Of a DNA stretch of 64,000 nt, positions 1-9,830 are shown piece by piece. A model generated the notes under the pieces. The model was not told where the DNA came from and ran no database searches. It saw only the letters and a program-made list of their open reading frames with translations. Positions within the stretch are counted from its first letter, which is position 1. Each line of letters starts with the position of its first letter. Source of the DNA: Octopus sinensis. Lineage: Eukaryota. The position numbers and the translations under genes are program-made. The stretch is from positions 62,248,001 through 62,312,000 of the forward strand of contig NC_043006.1 of NCBI RefSeq assembly GCF_006345805.1, written 5' to 3'.

Positions 1-232
1 CCGTATGTGTTATGTATATATGTGTACACGTACATACTCACGCACACAAACACACGCGCATACACACATGTATTATAAGTGTTAGTGTATATGTGTATAC
101 ATATGTATGCGTATGTGAGTGCGTGTATATTTGTGTGTGTGTGTGTGTGTAAACGAGAAAGAGGCTGAGTAGATAGAGAGAGAGAGAGGACACAGGGAAG
201 ATAAGGAGAAATAAAGAGCGCGAGGTAGAACT
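1..232. repeat. Mixed (TG)n/(TA)n/(AG)n microsatellite-rich tract
   Basis: Direct dinucleotide runs in the sequence. Confidence 0.9.
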
Positions 233-1192
233 GAGATACAAAGAAAGACAAACAAACATGTACTGGAGACAGACCTACAAAAAAAAAATCGAAGTTTGTT
301 TCTTTTCTTTCTCTTGCTTTTACAGAATCACATTATTCTCTCCGTTCTTTTTCGCTATTTCGTTGCTAAATTGTAACCAATGTCTGATGTGTTACTTACA
401 GAAATTGCTACTGGTACAAACCTACTTCAAATGATTTTATTGATTGAAGAAGACATAAAAAATAACGAATAAAAATGAAAGTGAATGAGGAATGTACGTT
501 AGAATGGATAATATAACAATCATCTAACTATATAGGTAACGTAAAGAATATCTTTTCTTTGGAAACTGAATTTAATGTCTCTGCTTGTTTATTCATTATT
601 TCCATTTAATTCTTCTAAAGATGATATATTCTCAACGTGCTTCTATATTATCAAATCAAAACATTATTCCTTCTATCCGAATCAGTCAAACAACCTTATT
701 ATTATATAAGAAAACATAGAAGAAAATGTTATTTTACAAGCTCATATAATATGGTTTTTTTATCATCAATATACTTTCGTAGCATTATGAGTATTATTCA
801 TATTACTGTTGCTGTTGTAGTCGTTCCTATTTGATGTGTATATCAGTGCCCTGACGAATAGTCGTAATAACAATGATTACCTCGATAATAAGAAAATATT
901 TCAGCGTCACCCCATGGCCCAGGAGTGAGAGAGGACTTTCATCTTTGGATATATTTTCATAGTTTTTCAAATATAAATATAACGAATAATCCTGTCAGAA
1001 TTTAGCTGATTTTTAAATGCTCAACTGAAATGCAGTTATAATGATTGAACAAAGAGAAATAAAATAAAATATCGTCAATAAGAATTTATTGGACTGAAAT
1101 AGAAAAGAAATGGTAAGTTTAAACAATGAAGTATGCATGTTGTTAGCATATTTGCGTGTAAGATAAAACCACTGAATATCGTTCTCCCTCAG

Positions 1193-1435
1193 ATCAAAAC
1201 AACATATTTTTATGGCACAAAGGCATTGTCAAGTGGCTAAACAATATCACTGAGGATATGGAAAGAAATGACAGAGAATTATCTCTGTTTTCAAAAATAT
1301 TAGGTCGGCTTCCTTATGCCTTCTACAAAGATATTAGAGGAAATGCTTGCGGGGTGAATGGCTCACAGATGATGACAGCTTGCAAAGAATTGTGCCGTGT
1401 CTTCAAAAATGTGTCTATAGGGCGTATAAGGGAAG
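1193..1435 (+). CDS. Candidate coding exon of an unidentified host gene (QNNIFLWHKGIVKWLNNITEDMERNDRELSLFSKILGRLPYAFYKDIRGNACGVNGSQMMTACKELCRVFKNVSIGRIRE)
   Basis: 243-nt stop-free frame bounded by acceptor gttctccctcag and donor GAAG|gtaaca. Phase 1-1, unique non-repetitive sequence. An upstream donor ATG|gtaagt at 1112 would give an 80-nt intron. No protein family recognised. Confidence 0.45.
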
Positions 1436-1697
1436 GTAACATAGAAGGTTCAGCGTTGAATACATATATACGAATATTTTGACTAACTCGTGGTAAATAT
1501 AATGACACTCACAGGGCAGACGGTAATCTCATAATTCCCAGGCGAAAAAATAGCTATAATTAGATGCGCATAGATGTACGGGACTTGATAACGCAAACAA
1601 CACCGCCTTCGGTGTATATATCTCACGTTATATGAGCAGGAAAAATTCAATATGTATAAGTATATATATATATGTGTGTGTGTGTGTATGAGTGTGT

Positions 1698-1932
1698 GGA
1701 GGCGCGTGGCTTAGTTGTTAGGGTGCCAGCATCATGATCATAAGATTGTGGTTTCGATTTCTAGACCGGGCGACGCGTTGTGTTCTTGAGCAAAACACTT
1801 CATTTCACGTTGCTCCAGTCCACTCAGCTGGCAAAAATTAGTAACGCTGTGATGAACTGCTGGCGTCCCGTCCAGCTGGAGAACACATATGCCATTGAAA
1901 CCGGCGAAACTGGGCCCATGAGCCTGGCTAAG
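1698..1932 (+). mobile_element. tRNA-derived SINE with CORE-like central domain
   Basis: A-box-like tggcttagttg, B-box-like ggtttcgatttc, central tgttcttgagcaaaacactt...gctccagtccactcagctg. Head matches 63911-64000. Confidence 0.8.
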
Positions 1933-1939
1933 TTTTAAA

Positions 1940-1980
<41 letters not shown>

Positions 1981-2124
1981 AGCTAATAGCAGAGGTGAGA
2001 GGGTATATGCATTAAAGGAAATAAAAAACAGAACACAAAGGATGTCGCGGTACACGTGTTTCAAGCTTTATGCAACAACCTATTCTTACACCAATGTATA
2101 ATCGACATAACGCACCAACGTGAG

Positions 2125-2386
2125 TAAAACATAAAGGTTATTCCTATTGTCATCGGGGCACTGAATACAATACCACGCAACCTGAAGAAGCGACTGGGAA
2201 CTTTAGAGATAACCTACCGTCTAAGTGTATTGCAAAAATCGGTATTGTTAGCAACCGCACGCGTATTGCGTAATGTAATATCCGTCTGAAGTCATTCTTG
2301 TGGCATGACAGGCAATACAAACCCCCGGTAGACATAGTATTTTCAATCAACAACATCACAATATTGGATACTGTGCGACGTATTAA

Positions 2387-2387
<1 letters not shown>
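2125..2387 (+). mobile_element. 3' end of an R4/Dong-clade retrotransposon (family E)
   Basis: Translates KVIPIVIGALNTIPRNLKKRLGTLEITYRLSVLQKSVLLATARVLRNVISV*, the typical R4 ORF C-terminus. A short 3' UTR follows, then (AAT)n. Confidence 0.75.

Positions 2388-2436
<49 letters not shown>
2388..2436 (+). repeat. (AAT)n array
   Basis: Direct. Confidence 0.97.
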
Positions 2437-4427
2437 CTCAGCTCCGCATGGATTGACTATAAAAAGGCCTTCGACAGTATACCACATTCATGGATCTTGA
2501 AATCGCTGGACATCTTCAAAATTTCACCTGTGATTTCAAGCTTCCTGAAGCATAATATGTCGTTGTGAAATACGAATCTCCAATTATACCACTCTAATGG
2601 AGTACTTGCCTCAGAGAATATAAACATCAACTGTGGCATTTTTCAAGGTGACTCACTTTCATCTCTAATATTCTGCATAGCCCTAATACCCCTTACAAGT
2701 GAATTGAACAGAACAGGGTATGGGTATAAAATTGTCAATAAAAAAATAAGCCATCTATTTTATATGGATGACTTAAAACTCTATGGTAAAGACGATAATG
2801 AACTTGAAGGCCTATTGCGCACTGTGAAAGCATTCAGTGATGACATCGGGGTGGAGTTTGGGTTTGAGAAGTGTGCCAAGGCCACTTTCCAGAAAGGGAA
2901 AGTGAAGACCACAAATTCAGTCGTATTAGATGTTGACACAGTCATAAGAGAGCTTGAGCAAGAACAAACCTACAAATATTTAGGGATAAATGAAGGCTCT
3001 GGTATTCAGCATGCAAGCATGAAAGAGAAGATCAGGAAGGAATGTTATAGGAGAGTTCGAGCAGTCTTGAAATCTGAACTATATGCACGTAACAAGGTGT
3101 TAGCTATAAATTCATTAACAGTTCCAGTTGTTACTTAGAGCTACAATGTTTTGAACTGGAATATGAGTGCAGTAAAGAAAATAGATAGGAAAAAACCCAA
3201 GCTGCTGAGTTGTAATAGGATGCACCACCCAAAGGCGGACATAGATCGCGTTTACCTCCCCAGAGCCCAAGGAGGTCGAGGCCTGATCCAATTTGAACTA
3301 GCTTTCAAAACAACCACAATTGGACTGGCCAAATATCTTGAAATAACGAATGACTGGATGCTAAAGCTCGTGGAAAATCACGAGAGACAAAGAAGCTTCA
3401 TTCTATCATAGAGGAAAGCAAAAAATTTGCAATTGATCTCGTGCAGGATACCCAAACTGAACAATCCGAGGGAAGTACGGCAACTATTGTTGCAAAGAAG
3501 GTGAAAATAATGGCAACGAAGCGCACGAGCAATTGGCTGATAGGTGGGAGGAGAAACCTCTGCACGGCAAATATGTGGCCCGTAGCAAACAAGCTGATGT
3601 TGTCCAGAAGCAAAACCATCAGTGGCTACGGAGCTCAGGGCTAAAAGCAGAGAGCGAAGGTTTCATCCTGGCTGCTCAAGATCAAAGCCTACTCTGCAAC
3701 GACATGATTGAAACAGTGGACCACCTAATCTCTGGATGTAAAGTCTTAGCACCAGTGGAGTATAGATTAAGACATGACAGAGTTGGCCAATATCTACACT
3801 GGCTAATAAGTCGGCATTACAATATCAAAACTGCCGACAAGTGGTATAATCACCACCCTGAAGCTGTAACTGAAGGAGGAAATGTAACCATTCTGTGGGA
3901 CTTTCCAGTACATACAGACTGAACCATCAAAGCCAATGAACCGGATATTGTTGTGAAAGACCAAAACAATAAAGTTTGCTTATTGATCGACATGAGCATC
4001 CCCTGTGATCATATCTCAGCGAAAGAATTTGACAAGCTCAGAAAATATAAAGACCTGCTCATTGAAATTCAGAAAATGTGGCATCCCAAGGCGGTTACAA
4101 TACCAGTGATCGTAGGAGCACTAGGGATGATCAAGAAGGGAACCGAAAATTATATGAAAATGATCACTGGCTTACCATCCCTGCAAGAAGTGCAAAATAT
4201 TGTCTTAACTGGTACATCACACGTATTGAGAAGAGCATTGTCGATGTGAGAACTATTACTACCCATATATTTTAGTTTAACTTTATTTCTATAAAAAAAA
4301 AATGAACGAACTAGTAAGTTTAGTTTAATGGCCTACCAATGTATACTATGAATTTCTTTGCCCTAGGAGTTGGGAAGACACTCGGCAAGAAATAGTATCA
4401 AATTTGAAAGATGAAGAAAAACCCATA
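2437..4427 (+). mobile_element. 5'-truncated, pseudogenised R4/Dong-clade LINE (family A)
   Basis: RT motifs WIDYKKAFDSIPHSW, GIFQGDSLS, HLFYMDDLKLY; HPKADIDRVYLPRAQGGRGL; KPLHGKY; ETVDHLISGC; RHDRV; RLE motifs ILWDFPVHTD, PDIVVKD, CLLIDMSIP, KYKDL. Stops and frameshifts present. (AAT)n on both sides. Confidence 0.93.
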
Positions 4428-4443
4428 AATAATAATAATAATA

Positions 4444-4491
<48 letters not shown>
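4428..4491 (+). repeat. (AAT)n array
   Basis: Direct. Confidence 0.97.
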
Positions 4492-4635
4492 TGCCCTGAT
4501 GCAGTACCAGGCAGTGCCTCTCGTGGCTTCTGATCTTAACTGATTGGAAGTGTTATCATGTACATTGTTTTGTCTTGGTATAAAAGATGGGCTACAGCAA
4601 ATATATTGCTCAATACCACAGATTTGCATGTCAGT
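4492..4635 (+). mobile_element. 5' ~144 bp of the ~555-bp AAT-associated non-coding element (E555)
   Basis: tgccctgatgcagtaccaggcagtg... is near-identical to the reverse complement of 36367-36510. Confidence 0.85.
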
Positions 4636-4691
4636 AATAATAATAATGATAATAATAATAATAATAAAAATTAAAATAATAATAATAATAA

Positions 4692-4769
<78 letters not shown>

Positions 4770-4778
4770 TAATAATAA

Positions 4779-4809
<31 letters not shown>

Positions 4810-4825
4810 AAGAAGAAGAAGAAGA
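4636..4825 (+). repeat. Compound (AAT)n then (AAG)n array
   Basis: Direct; switch to AAG at about 4780. Confidence 0.97.
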
Positions 4826-7800
4826 ACACCGGGGGACGGGTTTAAGAAGAACACCGGGGGGAAGTTTAAGAAGAACACCGGGGGACGTTTAAGATGTAAG
4901 AAGGAAAATACAGAGCTCCGAAATCTATCCACAAACATCGAAAACAAGGACATCCTATGGAGCCAAAGTTTTACAAACAAAGAATTGGACTGTATCCGAG
5001 TAAGTAATACTAATTGAAATTTATTACTATTTTCGAAACGAAATGATGTATTTTGACTCGATATCATCTCCACCTCTAACACAACACATGTAAACATGCG
5101 TGGAACATCACGATCATCCCCGACCCCAAACACCATGTACAAAGGAACTACGAAGAAATTAAATGCCACCGATACTATTCAACCCAAGAATAACAATCGA
5201 GCGGTACGTACATTAAACTTACAACAAAAAATGTACGAAAAACTACACGTGAGAAATAATGTGACAACAGAAATAAACGGACCAGTACCCTACGAAAATG
5301 ACGACCGTCAAAATAATGGGCCGGACGTTGTACCTCATATCCCGCAAATAAAACACAAAAGACGTTAATGGACACGTGAGGAGTACATTTCTATCTTACA
5401 CGCATACTTCACAGCAGTGCTCTACCCAAAAAATTAAAATACAACACATACATATAAAATATGGAAGGAAAATAATAGAGATATAGACTTGGATACAGCA
5501 ATGAACCCTAATAAATTAGCTAACGTACGAAGATACATTCTCAACACAAAAAAAATATCAGAAATAGAAATAGAACATCTAAAAGAAAAAATACACCAGG
5601 AAAATGCAGATAGAAGCCACACAACAATGCCCAATAATATAAACACTGAAACTGTAAAACACGAAGACAAACGCAACATTCCCAACAAACACGATGTAAA
5701 CAACGAAGGGGAGCGTAATGATTATGATAATATAAAAAATAAAATAATCAAATAACTGAAAACCACAGAGCTCAAAATGGACCACCGACCATACCTCCCA
5801 AGAATCAAAATAAACGAAATAACAACACCAATTATAAACAGCATAAACCTAGCCGTCACTGAACTAATAGCCACTGAAACAAAAAAAAGTGATATCACTG
5901 AGCTAAATGACTTAATATACGCAGCAGCCACTGCAGCCACAAAAGAAGCTGGATACTCACCCAAACCCGCCCAAACAGGAGTACCGCCACCACCCAAACA
6001 AACCCTGTGGATAAATAACATCCAAAACAAAATTTTAAAAATTAGAAAAGACCTGTCGATTCTTAATGAAATCAGCAAACAATCAACGCTACTGAGCAAC
6101 AAAAAGTGAACAAAAATGCTCCGCAAATATAACATCACAGTGAAAGATTTGCCTGAGATAAAAGAAAAGCTGAAGCACGATATCCTTGCCAAAGCACAAA
6201 GGATCCGCCGGTACGAGAAACGCCAACGCTTCTTTGAACAAAACAAAAAGTTCAACTCCAACCCCAAAAAGTTCTACCAAGAACTGGGCAAAAATAAAAT
6301 AGAAGTCACTGCAGCACCAACGGCAGAAGAATTGGAAGAATTCTCGAGAGAAATATGGTCGGCGAACGAACAACCAAAAAAAAAGGAGTATCAAAATAAC
6401 AAACTCGGCATCTGAACAACTTTGGACCGCCATAACAACTGTAGAGGTCACCCAGGCACTGCAAAGACTAAGCAACTGGAAGGCACCTGGGCATGACAAG
6501 ATCCCCAACTTCTGGTTGAAATATCTAACAGGAATGCACAAAAAGCTGGCTGAAAACTTTAACAACATACTAGCAGAGCCAGAGACAATGCCTGAATGGC
6601 TCACGAAGGGGAAAACCATCTTAATTCCCAAGTCAAATGAAACAACAAAACCAGAAAACTACAGACCAATAACCTGCCTCCCTACTATGTTCAAGGCATT
6701 TACTGCAGTGATATCGCAAAGGCTGAACAAGCACCTGGACGAAAACAAACTGTTCCCAGAAGAGCAGAAAGGATGCCGCAAAGGCTCATATGGCTGTGAA
6801 GATCAACTGATGATTAATAAAGCCATAACCGAAGACAGCCACAGAAAGAAGAAAGGCCTCAGTATGACCTGGATTGACTACAAAAAGGCATTTGATAGCA
6901 TCCCCCACACATGGATCCTCGAAACACTAGCCATTAACAAAGTAGCACCAACAATCATAAAATTCATAGAGCACTCTATGAATAAATGGCAAACAGTCCT
7001 ACACCTCCAAACAAAAGAGGGACTCAGGAAAACCAAGGACAGCCCCATTAGAAGAGGAATACTCCAGGGAGACACGCTCTCTCCACTCATTTTCTGCTTG
7101 GCACTGTCACCTCTATCTGATATACTAAATAGAACTGGATGCGGATATAAATGTTACGGCAAAACGATCAGCCACCTTTTATATATGGATGACCTAAAAC
7201 TATACGCTGCAAATGACAAACAGCTGGAAACACTATTAAAGACAGTTCATGGATTTACCAAAGAAATAGATATGAAATTTGGATTAGAAAATGCGCCAAA
7301 GTTACCATGAAAAGAGGAAAACTAGTTAAGAGTAGCAACATCACACTAGATAAAACCAATGAAATAAAAGAATTAGACCAAAGCCAAACTTACAATACTT
7401 AGGAATCCATGAACTAGATAATACACAACACACACAAATGAAAGAGAAAATAAAAAAGAATATTATAGACGAGTTGGATCAATACTAAAAACAGAGCTCA
7501 ATGCTAAAAACAAGATAATAGGTATTAACACTTTAGCTGTCCCAGTTATACGTTACAGCTACAATATCCTTAACTGGACACGAAATGAACTGACCAAAAT
7601 AGATAGGAAAACAAGAAAAATAATGACAGGATCTAGGATGCATCACCCAAAATCTGACATAGAAAGACTATATATACAACGTATAGAAGGTGGTAGAGGC
7701 CTTATACAACTGGAAAACTACTATAAAACAGCAACGGACCATGATAAAACGATGGCAAGAAAAGCCCCTTCATGGTAAATACTGGACTAAACTAAGTGCA

Positions 7801-8614
7801 AAAGAAATAGACAAAGAAAAATCCCAGCAATGGTTGAGAAGCTCAGGACTCAAAGCAGAAACAGAGGGATTTTTAATTACAGCACAAGACCAAAGCCTCC
7901 CCACCAGAAATTACCAATAACATGTATTGAAAAGAAATATAACAAGTAACTGCAGAATATGTGGAGATGGACAAGAAACAATAAACCATATTATCTCTAG
8001 TTGCCCAGTCCTGGCTAAGAAGGAATATATTCACAGACATGACAGAGTTGGAACCTACATACATTGGAAGCTATGCCAACATTATGGAATAACAACAGAA
8101 AAAAGATGGTATAGGCACACACAAGAAAAGGTCACAGAAAACGAGAAAGCAACCATACTCTGGGATATGCCGATACACACAGATAGAGAAATTAAGGCCA
8201 ACAGACCAAATATAGTTGTCAAAGATCATGAAGAAAAAATGCTTTCTAATTGATGTATCAATACCGGCTGATGACAACGTGTCTCTAAAAGAAATTGAGA
8301 AACTCTCAAAATACAAAGACCTGGAAATAGAAGTAACCAGAATGTGGAATCTAAAAACAGAAACAGTTCCTATCATAGTAGGTGCATTAGACATGATAAA
8401 AAAATATTCAGACAAATACATAACAAAAACACCGGGACTTACAAACACATATAACATACAGAAAATGCACTACTAGGCACTGCACACATCCTACGCAGAA
8501 CACTATCCATACAATAACCATCAGAGCACCACAACAAATCACAGCACATACCCAAGGCACACAGAGCTGCGCTCGGTAGTGAAGTGAAAGCACGCTATAA
8601 AAATAAAACTACTG
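4826..8614 (+). mobile_element. Near-full-length pseudogenised R4/Dong-clade LINE (family B)
   Basis: 5' tandem repeats; N-terminal KRR*WTREEYISILHAYF and NKLANVRRYIL region; RT (ENYRPITCLPT, EEQKGCRKGS, WIDYKKAFDSIPH, GILQGDTLSPL, HLLYMDDLKLY); CRICGDGQETINHIISSC; ILWDMPIHTD, NRPNIVV, FLIDVSIPAD, SKYKDLE. 3' end aaaataaaactactg followed by (AAT)n. Multiple stops and frameshifts and a 215-bp deletion. Confidence 0.94.
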
Positions 8615-8636
8615 AATAATAATAATAATAATAATG

Positions 8637-8731
<95 letters not shown>

Positions 8732-8821
8732 AAGGAGAAGATGATGAAGATGATGAAGAAGAAGAAGAAGAAGAAGAAGAAGAAGAAGAAGATGATGAAT
8801 ATGATGAAGAAGAAGAAGAAG
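8615..8821 (+). repeat. Compound (AAT)n then (AAG/GAT)n array
   Basis: Direct. Confidence 0.95.
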
Positions 8822-9264
8822 ATTGGCTACTCAATACTACGGATTTGCTTGTCATTTGTTTGACCTTAACCAGTTGAACATGTTCCTTTATTGATTGATG
8901 ATATGTGCATTTCTGATCAAGCGCAGAAGTAATGGGAGAGCATCATAGACATGTATTAAGCAGAATTGAGATATGAATAATTCACGTCTGGAAACATGGG
9001 TGTTTCGTTCATAACCCTAAACAAAGCTTATTCAGGGACCTTTTCAGCGGATTGGGCTACTTGTCCTGAAGAAAATTATAACTGGTCCCCATCTGCTGTG
9101 TGTTGCACTGTATATCTTCACATGAGAACACCATGTCGCTCACATATTGTTGTGTTACATGTACATGGTGTGCCCTTATCTAACATGTAGATATAGTGGT
9201 TATTTTGGGCTTCTTATATTTGCACCCCGGTGTCACTTTGATGGTATGCGCTGCTCGCTTCCTC
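8821..9264 (+). mobile_element. 5'-truncated, more diverged copy of E555
   Basis: Shares tttgaccttaaccagttga, tctggaaacatgggtg, cttattcagggacc and gtgtcactttgatgg with the other copies. Confidence 0.8.
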
Positions 9265-9479
9265 AATAAACCTTTCTTCTGACGGTACAAGGCCTGGAAT
9301 CTTCGGGGTTGGGGGTTAAGTCGATAGCTTCAACCAAAGAGGTAAATAACAACATCAGTAGTACCAATTATGATAATAAGGATTCTGTCACAAACTGCGA
9401 CAATTACGCTGTCCTTTCTCGCATAAGTCAGGAACATTTACGCTTTCAATCGCCAATACCTACAATAACAGCACGAATG

Positions 9480-9830
9480 AATAAATGCTTGTTGCAAGAT
9501 CACTGCAATATGTTCTAATGTGACTTATAAGTACAGGGTCCTGAATAAACCCCAAAACTCTACTAAGATTTATATTGGAGCAACTATTAATGTTAAGCAA
9601 AGATATTCCGCGTATTTAAACTCAGTTATAAAAAAAAACATTGTAGATCTACGTCCCTGGCAGAGCACATACACTACCTTAGGAAAAATAACGTAACACA
9701 TAACATAACATGGTCCATCATTGACTCACGTCCTCCATAGTAAGGCTAAAATGTCTCCTGCTAGTTATGTTTGAGGAAAACTATACAAATCTTATCACAT
9801 TACTCAACACAGTTATTAAACAAATAACAT
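9480..9830 (+). pseudogene. Penelope-like (Neptune-type) GIY-YIG endonuclease remnant
   Basis: Frameshifted NKCLLQDHC / SNVTYKYRVLNKPQNSTKIYIGAT / KHCRSTSLAEHIHYLRKNNVTHNITWSII / C*LCL matches the PLE endonuclease pattern. Confidence 0.75.

Noticed and set aside
851-900. CTGACGA hammerhead-like core
   Set aside because: No convincing helix II followed by GAAA, and no helix I partner.
4821-4895. Direct repeats as a possible CRISPR-like array
   Set aside because: Tandem with no unique spacers, eukaryotic LINE context, no cas genes.
4363-5169. 268-aa minus-strand ORF, the longest in the track
   Set aside because: It is read through (ATT)n/(CTT)n arrays (poly-L/I/Y) and antisense LINE ends; not a gene.
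5722-7090. Minus-strand ORFs of 66-181 aa inside the family B LINE
   Set aside because: Antisense frames of A-rich LINE coding sequence.
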